This document shows positions 54,448 through 63,688 of a stretch of 64,000 nt of DNA, in pieces (the stretch's first letter is position 1; each line of letters begins with the position of its first letter). The position numbers and the translations under genes are program-made. The notes under the pieces were generated by a model that was not told where the DNA came from, did not search any database, and saw only the letters and a list, made by a program, of their open reading frames with translations. The DNA is taken from sequence record NC_062582.1; one strand, written 5' to 3'.

Positions 54448-55916
54448 GTGCTCACCCATAAAGAACAATACGATAAAGCAATTGATGAAGCTATCAGTTA
54501 CTTCGAAGAGTATTTCCGTTCCTACCATAACAAACCCCTGTTAGAGGTTCTGACCATCGTTACGGCACCTGCGGAAAAGCGCTCACGTACTGGTATCATC
54601 GATGCTCTGGTTACAGCCTATACCACTTCGTCAGCACGTGAATATCAGCTGGCCCGAGAAGCTACCATTAGTGTTATCCGAATGGTGGTTGGTCGTATGA
54701 TCATTAAACCATACCTCGAAGGTCAGCACGGGCGTAACCAAGAAGTTGATCGCCGTGTTCGCGGTTTGATTGAAGATATGGACGATGACCTTTATTACAA
54801 AACCTTGGCATTCGTTGCAGGTATTATTAATAAAGGGTATGTCGATGTTGATCGAACAACGGTAACACTGTTGAAGCCACTCGATAACATTGTCGATGCT
54901 TTGACCCAGGTCAAAGAGTTTAAGGATTTCCATCCGGTTGAGCTGTGTGCAATAGTAGTCCATTCGTTTGGTTCTTTGACGCGCCGGCCTAAACCTAACT
55001 TCGGTCTAATTCAACAAGAATACAATAAGGACGTTCCAATGAATGGTTACAACAGCGTTGTTGATAAAACTACAATCAAAATCCAAGTGGTGTTTGACGC
55101 CCTCGTTAGACTAAACCCAGCTGCCCGTTATCAAGTATTTAAACTTGTTAACAAGGTGCTGGATCTTGGTACCGGTGTCGTTTACGCAATCGCTGCTAAC
55201 CAACACTTGTTAACAAGGTGCTGGATCTTGGTACCGGTGTCGTTTACGCAATCGCTGCTAACCAACAACAATCAATCGCAGTGGTGCTCTTCCCTGGCGA
55301 AGATGTTACCTTGATGCGAGCGGCGCTTTCCAGTGTGCAAAAGGCTTACGAACAAACATCTACAACTCCTTTGAGTTTCCTTGAATGGATCGAGATGATT
55401 AGAGACATTCATTCCTTTACTGATCGTTTCTACAGTAAGGAAGAAACTCTGTGGCTGCGCGAAGGTTATGAATCGGAACCAGAACCAATGGATACTTCGT
55501 TTGTTGGTACTATCATCGACGCAGCTAATCCTTTGTCGGAACAAGCGCAGCGTTTCATGAATGGTTTCAATTATGGTCTGATCGAACGTACTGTACCGCC
55601 GTTGACTCCACCTTCACCTCACGTTGGTAATATTGTAGTTTCTCCAAAAGCTATTCTGGAGAATTATAAGAAAGTACGTGAGGGTGCCGTTAAGAAAGTT
55701 ATTTATGAAATCAACCAGATTCTGAATAACCCTGAACGTGTAAATAGCATTGCTACGTACGATCTTTCCCGTGGTATTGTTTCTCTGGAGATTCATCTGC
55801 TATCGTCCATTGACGGTATCCATGTAGAAGTATTCGAAGCTCTGAAAACAGCAGGTTGGAAGTCTACCTACATTGAGGGTGTACTTACCATCGAAGCTAC
55901 TGTTCCAACTAAATAG
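54448..55916 (+). pseudogene. Single hypothetical gene (about 468 aa) frameshifted by a 62-bp tandem duplication; appears as ORFs 54448-55314 and 55218-55916
   Basis: Removing one repeat copy joins both ORFs in frame (...LDLGTGVVYAIAANQQQSIAVVLF...). Confidence 0.75.
55143..55266 (+). repeat. Perfect 62-bp tandem duplication (55143-55204, 55205-55266)
   Basis: ACTTGTTAACAAGG...GCTGCTAACCAAC twice, read directly. Confidence 0.95.
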
Positions 55917-55924
55917 CAATTAAG

Positions 55925-55949
55925 CTTCCCCTACCTTCGGGTAGGGGAG
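55925..55949 (+). terminator. Hairpin terminator
   Basis: CTTCCCCTACC-TTCG-GGTAGGGGAG then TTT. Confidence 0.75.
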
Positions 55950-56007
55950 TTTAACTATAAGCGTATTCTAACGAGTACCTTTATAGTTAAATTAGTAGGA
56001 GTTAACC

Positions 56008-56247
56008 ATGTGTCAAAAACTCGGTAAACGCAAAGCCTTTGATAGGCTAGAGCAATTAAGGGAATATTACAAACAGGATACCTACGAATGGTACAGTTTG
56101 GTAAATGTTGTTTACCTCGGCGTTCGATTCCATGGCTCTTCTGATGAATTCTGTTATTATCTAGATAAACGTAAAGCGCGCGAAAAATATCTAAGCAAGC
56201 TTTGGCGTTACCACAATCGGACAAATCCACTGAGGTTATTAAAATGA
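56008..56247 (+). CDS. Basic hypothetical protein, 79 aa
   Basis: AGGAG RBS. Confidence 0.7.
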   Translation: MCQKLGKRKAFDRLEQLREYYKQDTYEWYSLVNVVYLGVRFHGSSDEFCYYLDKRKAREKYLSKLWRYHNRTNPLRLLK

Positions 56248-56597
56248 GCTGCTGCCACTGTCAAAAACAAGTTCAAACCCCAGCGGCACAAAAATGCCTG
56301 CCTGAGATAGTTCAATCGCCTCGTCGTTTTTGGGTGTGTTGGCCGTACGCAACACCAACGGAATACATGTCGCTTGCAGATAAAGCTGTGCTGCAATCGG
56401 CGGGTGTCTATTCCTTCAACGCTAAAGAAGTTGCTACAAGTAAAGTCGTAGCAATGTATCCAGGTGATCTGGGATTGGTAGGTTTTAATCGCGATGGTCG
56501 CCCATGTGTCGCTACCTATTGCCAAGCATCTGCTCGTGTGACTGGTGCTGCTTACAGAGCATGGCTTGATAAAAACACCCTTAAAGGTAAGAACTGA
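56244..56597 (+). CDS. Hypothetical protein, about 117 aa, PGDLG motif
   Basis: GAGG RBS; ATGA overlap with previous stop. Confidence 0.65.
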   Translation: MSCCHCQKQVQTPAAQKCLPEIVQSPRRFWVCWPYATPTEYMSLADKAVLQSAGVYSFNAKEVATSKVVAMYPGDLGLVGFNRDGRPCVATYCQASARVTGAAYRAWLDKNTLKGKN

Positions 56598-56809
56598 TGA
56601 AAGTATATAACGGCCCATTCGGTAATTATAACGCTGGTACCTTCGGTGCTGTGCTTAATGCCATGTGCGAACAAGAAGGTCGTTCCAGCGGTATCGTCGG
56701 TAACTATGCCCTGGGCGGGAATGGGAAAGTATTAGCTAGTCCGTCCAGCGACAAAGTTGTTGCCACCTATGTTTGGGAAGGCGACGAAATCACATTCACC
56801 TGGTTATAA
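56597..56809 (+). CDS. Hypothetical protein, 70 aa
   Basis: TGATG coupling; AAGG RBS. Confidence 0.65.
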   Translation: MKVYNGPFGNYNAGTFGAVLNAMCEQEGRSSGIVGNYALGGNGKVLASPSSDKVVATYVWEGDEITFTWL

Positions 56810-56840
56810 AACAACAACCAACTAAATAGGAAATTTCAAA

Positions 56841-57587
56841 ATGCGTACTGTAGCCCAATATCGTCAACGTCGTGCCGCCGAACAAGCTCAAGGTAAATTT
56901 CATCTCGGTCACTTGCCTATCGGTACGGTGGTCGAGGTGGAAGATCCATGTGGCGGATTCCTCTCCAAAAGCGCTCAGGTATATCCTGGGGAATCTTATC
57001 CACGTATAAAACTCGTGGTTGCTGGTATCGAACCAAACGGTGAGAACAGTTATGTTTTCAGTTATCCGGAATGGTCGACACTGTGTGCTGATGTGTCGTG
57101 TATCAACATTCAATGGATTCGGCGCATCGTTTCTCGTGGTACTGGGAAACTACTGCCAGAAGATCAAGCACTGATGGATAAGTTCCGTCAGGATCGTATT
57201 GACTACATGGCAGAGCATCATCCGGCTTGGTCAGAGCGTCGCGCTCCAACTATTAAAGAAGCGACACTTCCTTGCAATGGTAACAACTACCGTTTCTGGG
57301 ATAGTCGTGGTTTGGTAGCTGGCTGGATGGCCGAACATGGTTACTCCAGCCCAACTGGTCAACACCTCTATGATCATGAAAAGATCATGGCGGGATTGTT
57401 CCCGTATCTGACTGTTATCAATCCTGATAGCTTCGGGCGTGAACTGATGATCTCCAAGAAGAAGTTCGCTAGGGTCATGAAACGTGTACTGGCCAAAGCT
57501 AAAACTTCCCGTCATATTGCCGCAGCTATTACTGAAGCAGAAATGGCAAAACAATACGAAGAGGATATGCGCTACAATGACTATTAA
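56841..57587 (+). CDS. Hypothetical protein, 248 aa
   Basis: AGGA RBS. Confidence 0.75.
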   Translation: MRTVAQYRQRRAAEQAQGKFHLGHLPIGTVVEVEDPCGGFLSKSAQVYPGESYPRIKLVVAGIEPNGENSYVFSYPEWSTLCADVSCINIQWIRRIVSRGTGKLLPEDQALMDKFRQDRIDYMAEHHPAWSERRAPTIKEATLPCNGNNYRFWDSRGLVAGWMAEHGYSSPTGQHLYDHEKIMAGLFPYLTVINPDSFGRELMISKKKFARVMKRVLAKAKTSRHIAAAITEAEMAKQYEEDMRYNDY

Positions 57588-57933
57588 ATCTATTGTAGTA
57601 AGTGTAAAACCATTCACCTTTAAAGAAGGTGATATTTTGTGGTCTAACACCTGGAATGGACTGGTTGGTTATGAAGTAACCGGTCCGATTTATAAATCAA
57701 CTGCATGGATGTTACCGGTAAAAGTTATCGAGGGGGATGCCTTTCTTGTATTCGATGCTATTTTCCCTGGTGATATGGGTGTTCCGGGTTATTGCAAAGA
57801 TGATCGCGGTTGTCACTTGTTCCGTAGTCGTTTAGCCGCCAAAGCGAACGACGGTAAATATGATAAATGGTTGTTAAAGACCTCGCATCGACGTCAACTC
57901 TATTCTGGAAGGACGATTGGTTATGGAGTGTAA
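57577..57933 (+). CDS. Hypothetical protein, about 118 aa, PGDMG motif
   Basis: GAGGA RBS before ATG 57577. Confidence 0.65.
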   Translation: MTIKSIVVSVKPFTFKEGDILWSNTWNGLVGYEVTGPIYKSTAWMLPVKVIEGDAFLVFDAIFPGDMGVPGYCKDDRGCHLFRSRLAAKANDGKYDKWLLKTSHRRQLYSGRTIGYGV

Positions 57934-58408
57934 ATCGTTGATCACAATGGAAGGCAGCCAGGCTTTAAACCTAGCTAAGATTCACCCGACAAAATGCGGT
58001 ACTGTATTCTACCGTACCAAACAACTACGTAGCTGGATGTTGGTTCACGATGAACTGGCAAACTTAGATAGTCGTAAAGATCTGGTTATTGGCTGTAACG
58101 CACCAATCTCAAGTCTAGACGATCTTCGTAGTTTCATTGATAGCTTCATGGCGCATGTGTTAGATGGTAACCGACAGTTGGCTCTGGTGATCGATGGTGA
58201 ACGTTATGTAATCTCGATCGATCACGAAGTCGCAGGTAAAGGCTACCGTGTTCACTACGATGTTCAAAACGGTCGTTGTTGGGTTCGCCAGTGTCGTCAA
58301 GGATGGTTGTTCCCGCTCGTACCTTGCGTAATGTTTGATACGTTGTTAGGAGGTATACTCTCAGATAACTGGAGTAGCCTCCCGACTGAAAACATGATTA
58401 CTGAATAG
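57923..58408 (+). CDS. Hypothetical protein, about 161 aa
   Basis: AAGGA RBS before ATG 57923. Confidence 0.65.
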   Translation: MECKSLITMEGSQALNLAKIHPTKCGTVFYRTKQLRSWMLVHDELANLDSRKDLVIGCNAPISSLDDLRSFIDSFMAHVLDGNRQLALVIDGERYVISIDHEVAGKGYRVHYDVQNGRCWVRQCRQGWLFPLVPCVMFDTLLGGILSDNWSSLPTENMITE

Positions 58409-58418
58409 GATATAACAA

Positions 58419-58679
58419 ATGCAAATCAAAGTTGAAACCATTAGCGATGTAACTGATCTGGATTACCTCAAGCGTCGAATCGAAGCGCTGTACTTTGAAG
58501 TTAAACGTTTCGATAAAACCTTGTTCATTTCATACACGTCAGCAAGTATGAATGCTGATGCTGGTTTTCGCTTGGCTCGTTTATTGCACAACAATGACGG
58601 TCTGGTTGTGTATGAACTCGACAATGATACAAAACAAACCTGGGAAATTGAAGACTCCCGAGTTAAGAAAGAGGCGTAA
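58419..58679 (+). CDS. Hypothetical protein, 86 aa
   Basis: AGGA RBS. Confidence 0.7.
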   Translation: MQIKVETISDVTDLDYLKRRIEALYFEVKRFDKTLFISYTSASMNADAGFRLARLLHNNDGLVVYELDNDTKQTWEIEDSRVKKEA

Positions 58680-58680
58680 C

Positions 58681-58920
58681 ATGACCAATAAAACCCGTGA
58701 TGGGATTTACGAATCCCGTAGCCATGGCGAGATCTGGTCTGAAAACCGTCGGGTATATATCCAGAACGGTACAGTACGCCTGGTTGATTACAAGGCTTCT
58801 GTAATGACCGAAGAGGAAGCTAAGGCGATCCATACATTTGGATTCAATAACTTCTTCGATGTAAACACGCTGGGTCCGCGTGTTGCAGACCTTCCAGAAA
58901 ACTTCAATATCTTTAAATAG
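58681..58920 (+). CDS. Hypothetical protein, about 79 aa
   Basis: GAGG RBS before ATG 58681. Confidence 0.65.
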   Translation: MTNKTRDGIYESRSHGEIWSENRRVYIQNGTVRLVDYKASVMTEEEAKAIHTFGFNNFFDVNTLGPRVADLPENFNIFK

Positions 58921-58927
58921 GTGTAAC

Positions 58928-59191
58928 ATGGGCGAATACAAAGCTCCAAATGGAACGCGTTCTTTTGAACCGGATGATACCGAAACCGAGTTCTATATTG
59001 ACGCCAACCAAAACCCACAACGGATGTCAACGATCCTGGATCTGGCCCGCATTAAATGGGGTCAAGAGGTTACCACCGATGATCTCATTATCGAACCCGA
59101 ACATATCCATACCCAATGCCTGGGTCACGACTGTTACGATGGGTTTGACTACACTAACTACCTGCGTATTGAATACGCCCCACAGCCCTAA
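58928..59191 (+). CDS. Phage hypothetical protein with EHIHTQCLGHDCYDGFDYTNY motif, 87 aa
   Basis: AGGTG RBS; motif recurrent in large-phage hypotheticals as I recall. Confidence 0.7.
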   Translation: MGEYKAPNGTRSFEPDDTETEFYIDANQNPQRMSTILDLARIKWGQEVTTDDLIIEPEHIHTQCLGHDCYDGFDYTNYLRIEYAPQP

Positions 59192-59207
59192 ATAAAAACG
59201 GCATATT

Positions 59208-59229
59208 GTCCACTCCTTCGGGAGTGGAC
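59208..59229. terminator. Bidirectional terminator (family member)
   Basis: GTCCACTCC-TTCG-GGAGTGGAC, T tract, between convergent genes. Confidence 0.85.
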
Positions 59230-59257
59230 TTTATACTCTTATTTTTTTTGTTTCAAA

Positions 59258-60739
59258 CTACCATGGGAATGCACCACCGGTCACCCGAGCAAATGGACGA
59301 CATGTAGTTTCCTGACTATCTTGTTGTTGGTTAAACGAACTGCCAGCCGAACCTACATCAGTACCACCACGTGCTAGCTGTAATGATGCCCCGCTGGATA
59401 GTTTTGTCCACTCGTAACTAGCGGCAGCCCCGGCCCTGAAACCAATACTGTAATTTGTGTGGTTAGCCAATTTCGTATAAGTAATACCAGCAGGATTATA
59501 ACCTAACACTGTTCGAGCGAATAGATAACCCCATGGCTCGTTAGCGTTCGATACCGTATCAGTTAATCGAATGTTGTAGTTAATACCACTATAAACAATA
59601 TTTGTCCCATTGGCTAAGAAGGCGTAGCTACTGTTATAAGTACCACCACGTCTTAATGGCTTCTCCGCAAGTACCCATGTCTCACTGTTGTAACGAACCA
59701 CAAACCAATTCATAGCAGCGTATGCAACATTACCAGCGCCACCAATGTTAAACCCTGTGGAAACTTCTTGAGTACTACCAAATTCCTGGAATGGAATAAC
59801 GACGTAATCTGGAAGAGGTTTACCGAAGTAAGGATCGTACACTGTTAGGTTAAGACCAGAAACATTACCTACCCATTTATTACGAATCAAGAAACCGCAG
59901 GCAGTACGATACTCTGCTGGAACCGCACCCGCATCAGCGGTATAAGTTTTGGATTCAGGTTTGTACTTGGACATCGTCCCATTGACACTATCCCAGTAAT
60001 GTAGTTCAGTACCAAACTTAGCCACATTTGGACTCACGCGTGATACGCCACCATTACCTATTGTATCTAGAACAACGGTGGTCCAGGTATTCAAGGGCTC
60101 ATCATATTCGGCAATGATGTTACTACTAACTGCACCTTGGTTATATGTACCGAAGGCAGCATAAACACGATCGCTAGTTACAGCTAATGCTGCCGAGCTA
60201 ATAGCTGTAGGATAAGCTGCTAAAGCCTTCCATGTGTTAGTACTAGGTGTGTACTTGATGAATCGGTTAGTACTATCGGCTGGGGCGTTACCACCAGAGC
60301 CACCAAGGAAATATAGATCCAAACCAATATTGCACATACCTACGTCAGCAATACCTGGAGCCTGTGCAGCCGTTGGTTGGGTTAACGACACCCATGTGTT
60401 ATTTGAGACAGTGTATCTATAGAAACGTTGGGTATTGGTCGCACCATCAAAACCACCCCAAACGAAAATAACACCATCCCCAGCAATACAACTATGTCTA
60501 AACATAGCTGTGGGCATGTCAGCTATAGCCGTAATGGCGTTAGTCACCACATTGTATTTGTAGCATTTGTTAGACGCAGACGTACCATCTGGCCCATTAC
60601 CACCGATAAAATAAACATCGGTCTTGTATGTGGCGGTAGCCTGTTTACTGGTTTCAATGGAAACGCCAGTAGCTACACGTTTACTCCATACCGACCCTGT
60701 AACTGGTTTTCTACCAAACCCCAATAATTGTTCAAACAT
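59258..60739 (-). CDS. Kelch-repeat beta-propeller protein with C-terminal tail-associated domain, 493 aa
   Basis: Kelch blades (YFIGG...YKYN, FVWGG...YRYT...W, YFLGG...KYTP...W, YAAFG...EYDE...W); MFEQLL start like the 18468 gene; C-terminal WFVVRYN...KPLRRGGTYNS...YNIRL domain. Confidence 0.78.
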   Translation of the reverse strand: MFEQLLGFGRKPVTGSVWSKRVATGVSIETSKQATATYKTDVYFIGGNGPDGTSASNKCYKYNVVTNAITAIADMPTAMFRHSCIAGDGVIFVWGGFDGATNTQRFYRYTVSNNTWVSLTQPTAAQAPGIADVGMCNIGLDLYFLGGSGGNAPADSTNRFIKYTPSTNTWKALAAYPTAISSAALAVTSDRVYAAFGTYNQGAVSSNIIAEYDEPLNTWTTVVLDTIGNGGVSRVSPNVAKFGTELHYWDSVNGTMSKYKPESKTYTADAGAVPAEYRTACGFLIRNKWVGNVSGLNLTVYDPYFGKPLPDYVVIPFQEFGSTQEVSTGFNIGGAGNVAYAAMNWFVVRYNSETWVLAEKPLRRGGTYNSSYAFLANGTNIVYSGINYNIRLTDTVSNANEPWGYLFARTVLGYNPAGITYTKLANHTNYSIGFRAGAAASYEWTKLSSGASLQLARGGTDVGSAGSSFNQQQDSQETTCRPFARVTGGAFPW

Positions 60740-60788
60740 AATTGTATCCTCTTAACAATCATAAGATTACTCAAGACGGCATAAAGGA

Positions 60789-60818
60789 AAACCCCAGGGT
60801 TGGCGTACCCTGGGGGTT
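60789..60818 (-). terminator. Hairpin terminator after head-protein pair
   Basis: ACCCCAGGGT-loop-ACCCTGGGG(G)T, preceded on + by GACGGCATAA. Confidence 0.6.
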
Positions 60819-60969
60819 CTGTAAGATAGATTCTCAATCGCCAAAAAGATCCTCTATTGGTTCCGTCAACTATTTCATCATCTGTCTCCCCTCGTGGGAG
60901 TCTTCTGACTACGTGGCCGATAGTTCCGCCCTACATAAGCTTCACATATAATTACATGTCGAGTATTAA

Positions 60970-62127
60970 TTAACCGTTAGCAATTTTACCGAACAACAGA
61001 CGAGAACCTTTAGCAAGGTCAGTGCATTGTTGTACGATAAATACAGCCAGTTGGAATACCGGACTAGAGTCACGTTTGTAGCCTGCTGCTTCATCACCTT
61101 TCTTCTCAATGTAAGCTTTGAGTTTAGCGATGTCGTCATCTACACCTTTAACGATAGTTGTCATTTTCTTAACGGTATCTACAAAGACGTGCATTTCTTG
61201 CGTACTACGTTTAGATTTAGTTTTCTCTTCACCTGTGGCACGCTTGAACAATAGTCCACCAACCAAACCTACAACGTTAAACACGATGGACCATACTGCA
61301 ATCCAAGCGTAGTCAGAACCACTGTAAGAACGCGATGGCTTTGGAACAACACGGTCATTAACTTTAACCTTGGTTCCACTAAGATCCAGGTCACGGTTGA
61401 ATAGGAAATTAAAATCACCTGAATTAAACAAATCGCCTTCAGCGGTGTCACTAGTGATACGCTGTACGGCACGTTTAACTTCACCAGCCAAACTACGTAG
61501 ATTCTTTTCTTCTTCTTGAATCGCGGTCAATGGTGAGGTAATCAAATCGTTATCTTTGTGGAACATTTTCCAAATAGATTTCTCGTTGACTGTTACTTCT
61601 TCATCTGGCGCGTCAAGATTAGGTTTAATTGAATCTAGTTCTTTAATGGCGGTGCGGTATTCATCAGTTAGTGTTTTCAGTTTATCATCAACACTATTTA
61701 CGTAATCTTCCAGACCCATTGCTGCAACCCGTCTAAGATGACTTGCATGGGTACGGATCTGTTTAGCTAAGCTACGTTTCCCACCGCGGGTTTTAGCAAA
61801 GCTTTCTAAGCCAGGTTGGCTAGGCATGGTGTAACCAAGGTTACTTACCATTTGTGTATAGATACGACCATAGCTCTCCATTGCAGGTGCGGTAGTAATA
61901 CCGTCCACATCAGTAGCGAGTTCATCCAGTTGGCTAGCTACAAGTTCAGCTTGATCTACTTCTACCATAGGGTCATCGAATTCACCGCCAAAGTCTTCAA
62001 TGACTTCTACCACAGGAACTTCAGTAATTACAGGGTTAACAGCTACAGGTAAAGCAGAGGCGGTACCTTCAATAAATTCTTCAATTGAAGCTTGTTCCGA
62101 AAAGCGGTCCATCAGTCTAGATTTCAT
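60970..62127 (-). CDS. Internal head protein paralogue (phiKZ gp162/163-like), 385 aa
   Basis: Acidic propeptide with ASIE/PAME/PGLE/MGLE; GLEDYV...MFH core shared with neighbour. Confidence 0.65.
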   Translation of the reverse strand: MKSRLMDRFSEQASIEEFIEGTASALPVAVNPVITEVPVVEVIEDFGGEFDDPMVEVDQAELVASQLDELATDVDGITTAPAMESYGRIYTQMVSNLGYTMPSQPGLESFAKTRGGKRSLAKQIRTHASHLRRVAAMGLEDYVNSVDDKLKTLTDEYRTAIKELDSIKPNLDAPDEEVTVNEKSIWKMFHKDNDLITSPLTAIQEEEKNLRSLAGEVKRAVQRITSDTAEGDLFNSGDFNFLFNRDLDLSGTKVKVNDRVVPKPSRSYSGSDYAWIAVWSIVFNVVGLVGGLLFKRATGEEKTKSKRSTQEMHVFVDTVKKMTTIVKGVDDDIAKLKAYIEKKGDEAAGYKRDSSPVFQLAVFIVQQCTDLAKGSRLLFGKIANG

Positions 62128-62149
62128 GTTGCGTTCCTAGGAATTTTTG

Positions 62150-63244
62150 TTAATGTTTTCTTACCAAACGACTAAAGAGTCGGTCAGTGCCACGAGTGAT
62201 ATCAGTCACGTGTTTAATAATAAATTCAGCCAGTTCCATAAGAGGAGCGGCGCGACGATTGAGGGCAGATTTATTCGACTCATCTACCTTTGAGAAAAGA
62301 GAAACAAGTTCGTCAACGTGTTTACACAAGTCGTCTATATTATCTTCCATACCTTCGACATATCGAATGAATCTATGGATATCACTAAGTTTGTTTTCCA
62401 CCTTGGCACTATTACCTTTAGGGGTTTGAAAATTACGTGCAACGGCATTTCCAAACGGACCCATAAAAATATTACCTAGAACAATAATTAGGTTTTGTTT
62501 CCAGTTCATAAACTTCTTGGGCATACCCACTTTAATATCTTTGTGGTCTAGCTGTCCTTCAAGGATAGAAATACGACGATTGAACATCAAGAACAAACGC
62601 TCGATATTAGGTAAGTCTTTAGCATTTCTTTCTAACTTACCATCCTTACCCAAATCCATTACATCTCGTTTGATGCGCGATACCGCTGTACCGAATACAG
62701 TAACCATTCGTTGGATATTAACATCTTCTTTACGGATAGTTTCTAAAGACTTCTCACCTTTAAACTCTTCCTTAACATGAAACATAGCGTAGACTTGTGT
62801 ATGGTTTACCGAAACAGTCTTTTTATCAGGTGACTCTATGTCAGCGTCGGTAGTCTTTAGTTTGGTCAATACCTTGTCATAAGTCTTTAAACCATCACCG
62901 ATATCTTCTTTGATATCACTTACATAATCCTCAAGCCCTGTCTGTAACTCTTCTGTTAGAGCGGTGTGAGCGGTCCTTAGTTCTTTTATGATGGCATTCT
63001 TACGTGTAATGGTACCCACATGACCTTCAAGCGAAATAGTAGATATTTCTTTATCTGTCATTAAAGCTTCTAGCGAAAACTTATCACGTGTAACTGCTGT
63101 TTTATCAATAAGTTCTTTTAAATGTACAGTACGGGCCTCAAGATCTAATAAGCCTTCTAGAGTCACATTAAGTGTACTCTCTTCCCAATCATTTTCTTCT
63201 GCTGGTGGATCGTTTGCCAGCGTCATATCCGTTACAATACCCAT
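62150..63244 (-). CDS. Internal head protein paralogue (phiKZ gp162/163-like), 364 aa
   Basis: FSLE/ISLE/TGLE sites; TGLEDYVSDI vs MGLEDYVNSV in neighbour; GAG RBS. Confidence 0.65.
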   Translation of the reverse strand: MGIVTDMTLANDPPAEENDWEESTLNVTLEGLLDLEARTVHLKELIDKTAVTRDKFSLEALMTDKEISTISLEGHVGTITRKNAIIKELRTAHTALTEELQTGLEDYVSDIKEDIGDGLKTYDKVLTKLKTTDADIESPDKKTVSVNHTQVYAMFHVKEEFKGEKSLETIRKEDVNIQRMVTVFGTAVSRIKRDVMDLGKDGKLERNAKDLPNIERLFLMFNRRISILEGQLDHKDIKVGMPKKFMNWKQNLIIVLGNIFMGPFGNAVARNFQTPKGNSAKVENKLSDIHRFIRYVEGMEDNIDDLCKHVDELVSLFSKVDESNKSALNRRAAPLMELAEFIIKHVTDITRGTDRLFSRLVRKH

Positions 63245-63293
63245 GGTAGCTCTCGTTTAATAATAGATAACATACTATTGATTACGGCATAAA

Positions 63294-63311
63294 GCCCTCC
63301 CGCAGGAGGGC
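63294..63311 (-). terminator. Hairpin terminator (family member)
   Basis: GCCCTCC-CGCA-GGAGGGC with GGCATAA/TTAT arms. Confidence 0.7.
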
Positions 63312-63315
63312 CTTA

Positions 63316-63675
63316 TTAGTAACCATCTTCTACGGCACTTGTGGTTGGTTTCCACTCAAAGAACAACTTGGTGTATTTCTCTACATCCTGTTCTAGGAAA
63401 GGTTGAAGTGTACATGGTTGACGCCAGCACACTTCAACCATGATACCAAAACGAAAGTAAAGAGTTTGGTTAGCTGTTTTGAAAGTATTGTAAGAATAGT
63501 TAATAGGTTGCAACCAACCTTCAATCTCTGCTACAAGATCAATGATCCCGTTATGAATAAGATCAACAGTCTCTGGAGCCACAAAGGCTCCAATGAAAGA
63601 CGATTGGCGGTTACGAGTACAGAACCTAACGTGATCAACAAGACGTTGATGTAACGGTGTTGTACAGTCTGACAT
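63316..63675 (-). CDS. Hypothetical protein, 119 aa
   Basis: AGAGG RBS on minus strand. Confidence 0.65.
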   Translation of the reverse strand: MSDCTTPLHQRLVDHVRFCTRNRQSSFIGAFVAPETVDLIHNGIIDLVAEIEGWLQPINYSYNTFKTANQTLYFRFGIMVEVCWRQPCTLQPFLEQDVEKYTKLFFEWKPTTSAVEDGY

Positions 63676-63688
63676 GAGATACCTCTAA

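Noticed and set aside
55218-55916. Independent 232-aa gene or programmed frameshift
   Set aside because: Fully explained by the 62-bp duplication; its start is a copy of internal sequence.
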